64,000 bases of DNA, taken from the NCBI RefSeq assembly GCF_001194135.2, contig NC_068990.1, positions 89,892,438 to 89,956,437 on the forward strand, read 5' to 3'. The DNA is from Octopus bimaculoides (Eukaryota). Positions 24,071-36,769 of the stretch are shown piece after piece. The position numbers were made by a program, and so were the translations under genes. The notes beneath the pieces were generated by a model, which saw only the letters and a list, made by a program, of their open reading frames with translations, had not been told where the DNA came from and searched no databases. Within the stretch, counting starts at the first letter, position 1. Each line of letters begins with the position of its first letter.

Positions 24071-25993
24071 TGCATTTGAGCAGAAACGCTGGTACTCCAA
24101 CAATGTGCTGAAAGGTTTTAATGCACTGCTGTTGCACTTGTTGCTGCTGTCATTAGATTTCTGTGGTGCACAAGTTCCTGAAGTTAAGGAAACAAAGAAA
24201 ATTATATGAAAGATGACATTAGAACACATTTATGTATTTACATTTATTTTGAAAAACTAAATGTGATTTAATAATAACAGTCCAGTAAGGCGAAGCTGGA
24301 AACGATTGCGCTCAAATGGGGCTTTTTACATGTCACCGGCACGGAAGCGAGACTGCTGCTCTGGCAGTGATCCCGCTCAGATGGTGCTGTTAGCACTCCA
24401 CTGGCACGGGTGCCAGTCATTGAATTTGGTTCAGTTTCGATCTCATTTGCACAAAATATCAGTGGTTAAATATTATACTGCGACAGAATTCCTTTAACAG
24501 TTTGGTTTCCAGCTCTGAAAGCATTTCATATCAAGACATTTAAATGTACTTAATTATATTTATATAACCTAATTATAATTAGGAGTTCATAAACAATCAT
24601 AAATTCCAGGACACCAGCTCCATCATAGTTGGTGGATTTGTGATAACAACTGGAACAGTTATGCTATGACTGGTTGAACATGAATCAGTGCTGTGACATT
24701 ATGTTGTGGTTTGGCACTCAAAGACTTTTTCGTACAAACACAAACAAACTTAGAAATATGTTTGTACAAAGCAAACTTAATTTGATAAAAATCATTAAAA
24801 TTGTGTCAGACTTTCTGTGATATATTAATTATTGTACTTTGAAACATCAGAAGGGTGAGATCAACATTAGTTTGTACTACTTTGGCTCTGGGTGAAACAC
24901 ATCGTGTTAAAATGCAAGAGCAGGGATGAGAAGACACAGTGCTGTGTGTGTGTGTGAGAGAGACGGGGGGGGGGAAGAGAGATAGGGGAGAGAAAGAGAG
25001 GGATGGACGGGAGAGAAAGAGAGGGATGGACGGGAGAGAGAGAGAGAGAGATTGACTCAGAGATTATAGTGAGAAACAGAGTCAAACAAAAGAGAGTCAG
25101 AGACAGAAAAAAAGGAAGGAGAGTTCTAGAGAAAGCAAGTCAAAGACAGAGGGAGAGAGAGGGAGGAAGGAAGAGGAAGAGAGAGGCAAGAAGGAAGAGG
25201 AAGAGAAAGAGAGGAAGGAAGGAAGGAAGAGGAAGAGAAAGAGAGGAAGGAAGGAAGAGGAAGAGAGAGAGAGAGGAAGGAAGGAAGAGGAAGTATGTGT
25301 GTGTGTGTGTGTGTGTATGCTTAGTATACTTAGTGTTACTGTCTGACACTAAAACACATCATACAATACATAGAAAAGACAAATACCATCCAACAAAAGA
25401 GCACAACTCACATTACACAACTCCAGAATCAAACAAAACAAAAACCCCACAACAAATCGAAAACTGCTGCAGTCCATATATGCACAGGTTTTTATCCTCA
25501 AACGATGCACATACCTCAGGATGCACATGGATGTGCAGCAGGTGATTCAGTAAAAACTGCTGGAAATAATGCAATTTCTACTTTCTGTTCAAGGCCTTGA
25601 ATGTATGTGGCTGGAGCAGTGAGCTCCAAGTGACCAAATCAACCTCAGTATATTACAGGTACTTTATAGTGATGGATGAAAAGTAATGTAAACTTAGGTT
25701 AGATATCAGCACAAAAATCTACCCCCATGGTACTCAAATATTATCAGTTACCCCATCACAACCTTTGTTAATGATAAGAATAAATAAGTGAGTCGCCAGA
25801 ACTATAATGAACTAAAAATAAACCTGCTTTTTATCTACTGCGATAAAATGAGGTAATGAGTGAACCTCTAGAGTCCTACTAAAAATAGCAGTTAGACCTC
25901 CTTCAAATTGTGCCTCTCAATCTTAAAGGGCAGATGTCAAGTTAAAAAAGAAATGTTGTCCTATATAAACTATGATTGAAAACACTCTAAATC

Positions 25994-26036
<43 letters not shown>

Positions 26037-26317
26037 GTTTTTTAAGGTTTGTTTTTATAAAGCTAAAACAATGCAAGTTATAAGAGATAATACAAGTTGA
26101 AGTATTTCAAAATTTTTATGTCGATATTTCAGGTTATGAGCCCTTCTTCAGGAAATTTTCAATCATGGAAATAGTGTTGTAAATTCACAACACCATTTCT
26201 ACAACTTGTATCATTTCTTATAACTTGCATTTGTTTGGTTCGATGAAAAAAAAAAGGAAATTGAAAACATACCAGACAATGCTTCATGCAAACTATAATA
26301 CTCTAACATATATATGT

Positions 26318-26459
26318 ACAGAAATATCACAAAAACTGTTACTCAGAGTTTCATATTCCTGTTTGTCAGACTGTTTCCTAACAAAACTGTCTGACGAACA
26401 GGAACGTGAAACTCTGAGTAACAGTTTTTGTGATATTTCTGCTGCTTTTAAATAAAGTA
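26318..26459. mobile_element. Hairpin of two inverted Penelope-like repeat ends
   Basis: 26318-26371 is the reverse complement of about 26389-26441, with few mismatches. Same family as 2632-2790. Confidence 0.75.
26383..26428 (+). ncRNA. Minimal type I hammerhead ribozyme motif, core intact
   Basis: AAAACUGU-CUGACGA-AC(AGGAAC)GU-GAA-ACUC(U)GAGU-A-ACAGUUUU: 8-bp stem I, full catalytic core, GUA cleavage triplet. Confidence 0.75.
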
Positions 26460-27349
26460 TATATATATATATGTGTGTGTGTGTGTGAAATGTGCAAGTA
26501 AACTTTTGTGTATGTATACATATATGTTATTGTGTGTGTGTGTGTGTGTACATACAGGCAAATTCAAGAACAAAAAGAAAAAATATATATATAGATGAAA
26601 TTTACAGAAAAACAAAAGACAAATGTATATAAACAATGAGCATATATATATATATATATATATATATGAAAAGAGAGAGAAAGACATTCGCATAGTGATG
26701 CAAGGCATTAAACAAATGGCAATTGTTTTATATAATAATGTTTAGGTTTACCTCCAAACATTCACACACCTTACTTCTCAATCCAGTCTATGCCTGTGGC
26801 AATAATACATTCTAACACAGCTATATGCTTATCTGTGTANNNNNNNNNNNNNNNNNNNNNNNNNNNNNNNNNNNNNNNNNNNNNNNNNNNNNNNNNNNNN
26901 NNNNNNNNNNNNNNNNNNNNNNNNNNNNNNNNNNNNNNNNNNNNNNNNNNNNNNNNNNNNNNNNNNNNNNNNNNNNNNNNNNNNNNNNNNNNNNNNNNNN
27001 NNNNNNNNNNNNNNNNNNNNNNNNNNNNNNNNNNNNNNNNNNNNNNNNNNNNNNNNNNNNNNNNNNNNNNNNNNNNNNNNNNNNNNNNNNNAAAAGAGAA
27101 AAAAAAGGAAGAAAGAATGTGTCATCAAGTAAAATAATTTAAACGTAATATGAAACGGAATAAGTTTTTAAAATGGGTTGATATTATGAGCCCAAAATGT
27201 TGAACTTCGAAGCTTTAGATTTTTTTGCAGAATTTGGAATTGTTAAATTTATCCCAGATTTCTATTGTTGATATAACTGAGTTTCAGAATTCCAAATTTT
27301 TTTTATTTTCTGTTAGTGATATTCTAAAATTTTTTATTTATTTATTTTT

Positions 27350-27389
<40 letters not shown>

Positions 27390-27829
27390 GTAATGTTATA
27401 TATTAGATGCCTTTCATACACAAACGCACATACAGAACCTTATGAAAGAGAGACAGAGAGAGAGAGAGAGAAAGAAAGAAAGACCGAAAACATAAATAAA
27501 CATCAGAGCTGATGTAAAAGTCACAAGTTTTAAAGAAGAATGCGAAAATATATTTGGTAGGAACATATTTGGAATAGATTCAGAAAATCTATCTGGAAGC
27601 AAGAAGCTTACAAGGTAAATACTTATTTTGTTTTATTTATACATTTAGATTTGCATTTTTTGAATTATTCATTTAAACGTTCATGCAGGTGAATGAATAT
27701 CTCAATATCTCAATCACTCTTCAAAGGAATTCCACCATTTTTGTTCCATGCAATACACAAGCACACACAAAACAGACATGCATATGTATACACTTAGATA
27801 TGAATATAAGCCTAATTAATTATGAAGAC

Positions 27830-27873
<44 letters not shown>

Positions 27874-28351
27874 NNNNNNNNNNNNNNNNNNNNNNNNNNN
27901 NNNNNNNNNNNNNNNNNNNNNNNNNNNNNNNNNNNNNNNNNNNNNNNNNNNNNNNNNNNNNNNNNNNNNNNNNNNNNNNNNNNNNNNNNNNNNNNNNNNN
28001 NNNNNNNNNNNNNNNNNNNNNNNNNNNNNNNNNNNNNNNNNNNNNNNNNNNNNNNNNNNNNNNNNNNNNNNNNNNNNNNNNNNNNNNNNNNNNNNNNNNN
28101 NNNNNNNNNNNNNNNNNNNNNNNNNNNNNNNNNNNNNNNNNNNNNNNNNNNNNNNNNNNNNNNNNNNNNNNNNNNNNNNNNNNNNNNNNNNNNNNNNNNN
28201 NNNNNNNNNNNNNNNNNNNNNNNNNNNNNNNNNNNNNNNNNNGATAGAGAGGCAGACAGACAACGGTAAGAATTAAAGAAAAGAACAACTCAATACATAC
28301 AGTGTAGTTTATTCATTCTCTGAACTGACTTTCCATCACATTCTTTAAACC

Positions 28352-28383
<32 letters not shown>

Positions 28384-28822
28384 GCTTGAAACACCTGTTG
28401 TGTTCTGTCCTACCTACTGGTCTCCTGTCCAATGACCAGCTGAAAATACTTGGACATTTACTGAAGAACTTCCAGAACCTATCAATATTGGGGGGGGGCA
28501 TTCTGTTTTGATACTGTACTAAATGAAATAAAGTACAGGTCCAATACTTGTATTTTATTTATCAGCCCCGAAAGGATGAAAGGCAAAGCTGGCTTCAGGA
28601 GGATTTGAACCCAGATACAGACAGCTGGAACAAGTAATGCAAGGCATTCTAACAACTCTGCCAACCTGGCCCCTCACATTTAAGAATGATGAATAACACT
28701 TTGCATAATATAGCCAGAGATATTCAATACTTGAGAGATGGCTGAAATAGTGCTTTTTATTATAAATAAGTCTGCTCAGTTGTGGCTGACCTAGGGCTAA
28801 ATAACTACTACTACTGCTGCTG

Positions 28823-28894
<72 letters not shown>

Positions 28895-29913
28895 TGATGA
28901 TGATATTTATTATTAAATAAAGTTGCATAAAAAAAGATTTTTGGTAATAAATCAAATAAAAACAATTTAGGCCCTAATGGGTTAATAAAAATCAATTGAA
29001 ATTCTTTTAAATTTTGGCACAAGGCCAGCAATTTTAAGGGGAGGGATTCTATCGATTCCATCAGCCTCGGTACTTGACTGATAATTCATTTTATCGACAC
29101 TGAAAGGATGAAAACAACATTGGAAACAGGCAAGATTTGAACTCAGAATGTAAAAAGTTGGAACAGATAGTGCAACGTATTTTATTTGTCACTCTTATGA
29201 CTGTCAACCCACCATCCTGATAATAATAACGATAATAATAATGATAATAATAATGATAATAATAATAATACTCTTTTAGTTGTTTCAGTCATTTGACTGT
29301 GGCCATGCTGGAGCACCACCTTTAGTCGAGCAAATCGACCCCACAGCTTATTCTTTGTAATAATAATAATAATAATAATAAAAATAATAATAATGGTATT
29401 ATCATGTACATTGTAAAAGATGGGCTACAACAAATATTCTGCTCAATACCACAGATTAGCTTGTCAGTTGTTTGACCGTAACCAGTTGAACATGTCCCTT
29501 GGTGGCTGACGATATGTGCATCTCTGATCATGAGCAGAAGTAGTGGGGGAGCATCATAGCCATGTATCGAGAGGAATTCTTTGGGGTTTGGATAATTCAC
29601 GTTTGGAAACATTGGTGTTTTGCTCAACATCCTTAAGCAACTCTTATTCAGGGACCTTTTGAGCGGGATGGGCTCCTCAACCTGAAGAAAATTCTAACTG
29701 GGTCCCACCTGCAAGGTCATGCGCCGTTTCTCTTGATATGAGATCACCATGTCGCTTACATATGGTTGTGATGCATGTGTCTGGTGTACCCTTATCAGAC
29801 GGGTAGTCATGATGGGTATACTGGGCTTCGTATATTTTACCCCAGTGTCACTTTGATGGCATGCACTGCTCTCTCACTCAATANNNNNNNNNNGATCTAC
29901 TGCTCTCTCACTC

Positions 29914-29951
<38 letters not shown>

Positions 29952-30480
29952 TAATAATTTCTTACATAAGTGGGGGAGGGGTAAGGCACCTGGAAAAAGA
30001 CCTAATGTAAAGTTAATAGTTATTTTATCAATGTTGAAGAAGGGACGAAAGGCAAATTCCATCTCAAGGAGAGACAACTAAATATTGTCCACAAGTTGAT
30101 TACGGTGATGATAATGATGATGATGATGATGACAGTGGGGGCGGGGAGATGGTAATGATGATGAGAAGGGAGAGGAGGAGGGAAGAGGATAAAGATGACA
30201 GTATATAGTGATAATGATGACAGTGGTGATGATGTTGATGGTGGTGGTGGCAGCAGTGCTGTGATGACAATAGTGGTGGTAGGTGGTGATGGTGGTGGTG
30301 GTGGTGACTGTGATTATGTCGAGTCCTTAATGCTTTTTTAATCTTTCCTGCCAAACTGTTTCATCTGCAAAATATGATGCCCGAGGTTATCAGAGGGGGT
30401 CCCATAATATGGTAGCCAAGCAACTGAGATGACAATGGGAGCAGGGGGGAGAAGCTGGTTTCTTGGCAGCAGCAGATTGA

Positions 30481-30484
30481 CTGG

Positions 30485-30557
<73 letters not shown>

Positions 30558-30593
30558 CAGCAGCAGCAGTAGTTTTAGTAGTAGTAGTAGTGA

Positions 30594-30626
<33 letters not shown>

Positions 30627-30735
30627 TAGTAGTAGTAGTAGTAGTAGTAGCAGCAGCAGTAGTTTTAGTAGTAGTAGTAGTGATAGTAGTAGTAGTAGCA
30701 GTAGCAGCAGCAGGAGTAGCAGTAAAGGTAGTCAT
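30481..30735. repeat. Compound (GTA)n/(GCA)n repeat with 90-bp higher-order duplication
   Basis: Read directly. The GTTTTAG landmark lies at 30572 and 30662. Confidence 0.85.
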
Positions 30736-30737
30736 TC

Positions 30738-30990
30738 AATCGGTGACACAAATATCATGCAATCGGTGACACAAGTGTCACACAATCAGTGACACATGTA
30801 TCACACAATCAGTGACACAAGTGTCACACAATCGGTGACACAAGTATCACACAATCAGTGACACAAGTGTCACACAATCGGTGACACAAGTGTCACACAA
30901 TCGGTGACATAAGTGTCACACAATCAGTGACACAAGTGTCACACAATCGGTGACACAAGTATCACACAATCAGTGACACAAGTGTCACAC
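30738..30990. repeat. 23-bp palindromic minisatellite, 11 copies (AATCGGTGACACAAGTGTCACAC)
   Basis: Exact 23-bp period. The consensus unit contains GTGACAC-AA-GTGTCAC. Confidence 0.95.
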
Positions 30991-31100
30991 AGTATGACAT
31001 TTGTTGAGATGTAGATTACTCAGTTGGAATACTTTTTCTATCTCATGTGATTTTTTCATTTTCTCTTTTATTTCCAGGCAACAGAAAACCCGTAACTCAC

Positions 31101-31137
31101 ATCGATCCTGACCGAGCACCATCTCTTCATCAATCAT
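31101..31137 (-). other. Candidate upstream TMEM68 exon end encoding MIDEEMVLGQDR
   Basis: ATG-open stretch ending at a GTGAGT donor, phase 1, in CpG-containing unique sequence. Confidence 0.4.
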
Positions 31138-31741
31138 AATAAAATAACCAACGCTAATTACCCATAATTGACATTGAAACTGTGCAGCAGAAATGTCAGC
31201 CAGCGGTTATGCTTTCATTGCCGTCGCTATAAATATGTTGCTAAAATATTGGTCAGCATTGAAGACATCGAAAACAAAAGCGAAAACCTTGAAGAACAAC
31301 AGAAAGCAATACCAATTCTTGATTAGGTCGGATTTTTTGTCAGATCACAAAACTTTTTCAGGAGGGGATAAAGTCACCAAGATATGAGAAAGATCTGATG
31401 ACACAGAGCAACAGCTAATATACATATATATATATGTCTGTCTATCTATCTACCTACATATCTATCTATCTATATATCTATCTATCTTTATCTATATATC
31501 TATCTACATACACACACACAGAACTAACAGTTTATAAAAAGGAGAAAAAGTAAGAGAGAAAGACAGGGAGAAACCTTCATTCCATTTTTGCTTCTTTCTC
31601 TTTCTTCCTCCCTACACTTTTCTCTACTGCCTCTTTCTTTCTCCCATTTTACTCTTTCTCTTCTCTCCCTCTTTCCTTCTCCCTCTCTACTTTTCTTCTT
31701 CTATCTCCCCACCACCTTCTTTCTCCCTATCTACTTTCTTT

Positions 31742-31783
<42 letters not shown>

Positions 31784-32095
31784 TCTACTCTTTCTCCCAC
31801 TGACTAAATTCAGCTGACTCCTCCTCCTCATTCTTCCTCTCTGCTCGTTCACACACACAAATACTTCACATACTATAACAACAGCTCTGATGTCTCTTAC
31901 ATTACAAACCAGTCGAAAGTAATAAATAAGTAAAATAAATGCTTTTTTTTTTTAAACTCCAGTGATAAATAGACCAAGTGTCACACACACACACATATAT
32001 ATATATATGGGAGTGGAGAGGCAGAGATATCATAGGTTACATATAAATGATTAGACAAACAAAATAAAGCAGATCAGAAAACAAACAAAAACATT

Positions 32096-32143
<48 letters not shown>

Positions 32144-32149
32144 CCTTTC

Positions 32150-32348
32150 TACTATAGGCACAGGGATTGAAATTTCTGGGGAAGGGGTAAGTCAATCACA
32201 TTGACCCCAGTACATAACTGGTACTCATTTAATCGACCCTGACATGATGAAAGGCAAAGTCGGCCCCAGCGGAATTTGAGCTCAGAATGTAAAGACAGAT
32301 GAAATACCGTTAAGCATTTTACCCGGCGTGCTAACGATTCTGCCAGCT
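32150..32348 (-). mobile_element. SINE (same family as 8610-8801)
   Basis: Sequence similarity within the window. Confidence 0.75.
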
Positions 32349-32821
32349 AAATTAGTACTTTCGTTTGCCATTAGGACATAACCACACCTTCACCTTTATA
32401 GGATTTTTTCTTATATTTATTGGTGATCTATAGATACACCATTATTAATGAGTTAAAAGTATTGATTGCTTACATAGGTACAGGAGTAAAATATTTCATT
32501 CATGCGAGGCTGTAATTGGACAATACAAATGCAAAATATTTAAATATTTAAAACCTGTTGATATCCAAGGTAACAGGTAGTAACCCACTACCCACATAAA
32601 TTTCTATCAGGAATAAGACCGAACCTGAACCAAACCAAAGTAAGAATAATAATAAACTGCTTTATTGGGGAAAATTAGGATTTTGAGATTGGTTCTTGGG
32701 TGTTGATTGTCTTCCAAGTACCAAAGTTTATAATTTGCAGAAAGAGACCCTTGACAACAGGTTGCTGTCTGCTCTCACAGAATCGACCAGAGTAAGTAAG
32801 ACCGAGAACTCTGGGAAATAA

Positions 32822-32859
<38 letters not shown>

Positions 32860-32998
32860 AAATCAAAGGCATTTCTTTAATTTGTTTTCTTTAAGAAACT
32901 GCATTTACTCACTTAATTTCTTTAAAATATAAAAAAAGTGGGTGAAGGCCAGGATTGAATTTGAGTACTTTTATAGACTGGAGCCAATATCAAAAGCC

Positions 32999-33187
32999 AT
33001 GAAGCAAAAAGGCAAAAACAACTGGAAAAGCACAAAGTTTAAATTTCCAGGATTGAACTTGGTTTCTCCTCTGGAGATATTGGCTCATAGCAATATCAAC
33101 TGCCGGAGATCAGGACTGCACACGGCGCCATCTACCCGGGAGGGAAGTACAGTGAGTGGGGGTGAAGATGGAGCCAAAGGTAACACC

Positions 33188-33219
<32 letters not shown>

Positions 33220-33547
33220 CGACACCACCAACAAACGTGACAGGGCCAACAGTCGGTCGAAGGTGAGACCCATTGCTAAAAAGACCTCAACTCTGCAAGA
33301 TGAGTTGGCAATCGAGCGGAACAGTCAACGAAGTTCATTGAGCTGCATGGCTGCACAACACCAATACTGCAGCATTGACAGTTTCTTACGTCTCAGAAGC
33401 TTCAGTGACGAAATAAATGTGGAAATGGAGAAGATGAGTCATACAAGTCTACGCAGCAGTTGTTCTGGTCAAAACACGGAGCACAGTTTTGTCAGTTTGG
33501 CCACCAGTCTCAGAAGTATTGAAAGTAGATTCTGGAAAATGCGAATG
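32999..33547 (+). CDS. Orphan coding exon, 183 codons with poly-T/poly-N tract (MKQKGKNNWK...SIESRFWKMRM); gene unassigned
   Basis: Long stop-free frame in unique, relatively GC-rich sequence. Ends exactly at a GTAAGT donor (phase 0). Candidate acceptors at 32977 and 33051. Confidence 0.65.
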
Positions 33548-35283
33548 GTAAGTCTGTGTTTGGATTTTCCTCATGTTTTTATAATATTATATTGCTTTGT
33601 TAGAATCTCAGTTTATATCAGCAGTTTCACCGAGAGAGAAATCTCAACACATCAAATTAGCTCATGTATAAATTGCAATTGTGTATAAGTCACATCCCTA
33701 ATTTAGTGTTAAATCTTGGTACAAGGTTTGTCCCTTCAGAGTTTTAGCTTTACCTCAGATATAAGTCAGAATCAAGTTGTTAAGATGGTGGGTTCTTTCC
33801 TTTCTACTCGGTCTTTGGCTTATTGTCAAAATATATCTAATGTTGTATCTTTCTATAAATATTCTTATCGTATTGCTCTGATGAACTTTCTGGTCTAGTA
33901 ACCTCTGTCAACTCCTCTGAACATGTCACCTGCTTTTCTTCCCAGACACGTCATTTCCCTGTTGAACTTCCTGCTTGTCATAAGTTCTTTTGTCCTTTTA
34001 TTCCAATGGCTTCTTTCCTCAAACTGCTGCTCTCTGGAACACAGTTCTATCATCTTGTCTTCCTCTGGTCTATGATATTCAGTCGTTTAAGCCTTCTTTC
34101 AATCAACATCTCTTAAATTTATAGGCCCTTTCTTTTCCTTCTTTGTAGCTCTCTTATATCCTTGGGGTTTGGATATAGACTACACTGTAACATTGTTATA
34201 ACATTACAAAAACTAAATCCATAACAAACATGTAACAAACTTATATCTCTTCTCAATGACTGCCTTCACAAATGCAACTGCACACACCACACTATACGTC
34301 GCACTGTCAGTACACATGCGCCTTTATAAGGTTTAGGACAGTCCACTTGCTATCCCAAAGGAGTGTCGGGATTTCACCACAACAAGTTCCTTACACTGCA
34401 GTAGCATCAAGCCTTGTTTGGGACAAAATTGTTAAAAAACAAAAAAAAAGCCAGGGGGACATCACCAGTGGCCATTAATGTCCATAGCAGAATTCACTCC
34501 ACTACAAGACTTCAAGTCACATCTCCAGTTCCCCACTTTTTCTCATCAGTTTTGAAGGACTCCAAAAAAGGGACATATACAATCCTTCCCTTAACAATTA
34601 TAACATTAAAAAAAAAAAAACTCCAAGAGTCTATCTACAGAATTTGGTGTTTCAGATTGAAAGATTTCTTCCATAGTCAAAGTATGTCATTGGAATTTAA
34701 TGTAAACAATTATCTGGAATATTCAGTTTTGTCGAATATAATATTCAATTCAAGGTTAAAAAATGCCATTGAAAGCTAATTTGAATACTTCACTGTTCCA
34801 GAATATAAATATTCTATGAAGTAATCTAATGTTGTTTGAAATACCAAACTGAATATTAGCATAACTGGATATAGTGTAAGAGAGAGAGAGAGAGAGAGAG
34901 ATAGGGGGTGGGGTAGAGATGGAGTAGAGAGAGGAGAGAAAGATAGAGAAAAGGAAAGACAGATGGATGCAGGGAGAGTGTTGCAGCCAAACATTCTGCT
35001 ATTCTTATCAAATAAGCAATTTGCTGTTTTGTCGTCAGCATTTATGGAATGATGACAGATTTTTTTTTTATAGAAGTTGATGTCATCTGTTTTTGTTTAT
35101 TTCACCGATCCAAGAATGGATGATGCTGGCAGGAGAGACAGAACGACGGAGAAATGGGAAGAAGTGGTAAAGGGTGATTACAGGAGTCTGAGTCGTGCAA
35201 AAGAGATGACCAATGGAGTGAGCAAACACACACACACACACATACACATACAAATATATACTATTTCTGTTCTACATAAATGC

Positions 35284-35355
<72 letters not shown>

Positions 35356-36769
35356 CACACATACATACACACCATATCTATTCTAAATACATATACATGT
35401 ATGTGTGTGTTTATATTATATGTGTGTGTGTGTTCATATGTGTGTGTGTGTGTGTGAATATATACATTAAAATATATTTTGCCGAACTGCTAAGTTACAG
35501 GTACATAAACACACCATCACCAATTGTCAAACTGACACACACACACGCACAACAAGATTCTTTCAGTTTCCATCTACCACATCCACTCGCAAGGCTTTGG
35601 TAGATGGAAAGACACTTGCCCAAGGTGCCACGCAGTGGGAATGTAGTGAGTAGACAGGAGTAGAAGGAGGGGGTTATAAGGAGGGTACGTTGTGGGGAAG
35701 GGATTCAACAGGGACACATTGTGTGCAAGTAGGTCCATGAGGGTGGTATAAGTGGGTAGAGAGTACCCACTTATACACAGTTCTATATATCTACTTCTTT
35801 ACCACCCACAAGTCTCACCCGGCCATCTTTAAGAAACTGAAGCACACATTAGACATAAGAAGTTCTAGAATATGGCTGATCGTAATAAGCCTGTTGGATC
35901 AGGAACTGAAGCAAGGACCAGGCTCTGAATATTACACCTCTACTTCCATTCCCCAGACAGGGAATGGAAAGAAAGAAAAAGTAAAAGTACATAAACAAAC
36001 AGCAAACTGAGATTAAAGTGCTGCACTATTGATCATGAGGTCATGAGTTCAATTACAACCGCAGCCATTTTATCGTTCCCCTGTACAAAGTACCAAACTT
36101 CATTTGCTCCAGTTTGCATGACTGAAAAAAAAAAAAAAAAAAAATTGGGGGCAAGGGGGGAAAATATATCAGTTTCTTATTCCTNNNNNNNNNNNNNNNN
36201 NNNNNNNNNNNNNNNNNNNNNNNNNNNNNNNNNNNNNNNNNNNNNNNNNNNNNNNNNNNNNNNNNNNNNNNNNNNNNNNNNNNNNNNNNNNNNNNNNNNN
36301 NNNNNNNNNNNNNNNNNNNNNNNNNNNNNNNNNNNNNNNNNNNNNNNNNNNNNNNNNNNNNNNNNNNNNNNNNNNNNNNNNNNNNNNNNNNNNNNNNNNN
36401 NNNNNNNNNNNNNNNNNNNNNNNNNNNNNNNNNNNNNNNNNNNNNNNNNNNNNNNNNNNNNNNNNNNNNNNNNNNNNNNNNNNNNNNNNNNNNNNNNNNN
36501 NNNNNNNNNNNNNNNNNNNNNNNNNNNNNNNNNNNAAACAAGTAATTAAGAGGATATAGCATGTCGTTCCAGTTTTAGCTTTAACACTGGTTTCGAATTC
36601 TGGCACAAGGCCAGCAATTTTATGGGAGGCGGGTACATTGATTACATTGACCCCAGTGCTTAACTGGTATTTATTTTATCAAACCTGAAAGGATGAAAAG
36701 CAAAGTCAATCTCAGTAGAATTTGAACTCAGAGCATAAAAGTGGATTTGTGTGATGTGGATAAATATTC

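Noticed and set aside
30738-30990. CRISPR array
   Set aside because: Palindromic repeats are directly adjacent with no unique spacers, and the context is eukaryotic.
31078-31139. Plus-strand terminal exon NRKPVTHIDPDRAPSLHQS*
   Set aside because: The acceptor looks good, but no upstream plus-strand coding exons were found. The minus-strand reading has a canonical donor and is preferred. Not excluded.
33945-34117. 56-codon phase-0 plus-strand frame as the next exon after 33547
   Set aside because: Low-complexity pyrimidine-rich antisense of a probable LINE remnant. No protein features.
35110-35220. Exon-like frame GRRDRTTEKWEEVVKGDYRSLSRAKEMT with GTGAG
   Set aside because: Matches the RTE LINE C-terminal GRPRKTW.EVV..D motif seen also at about 22100.
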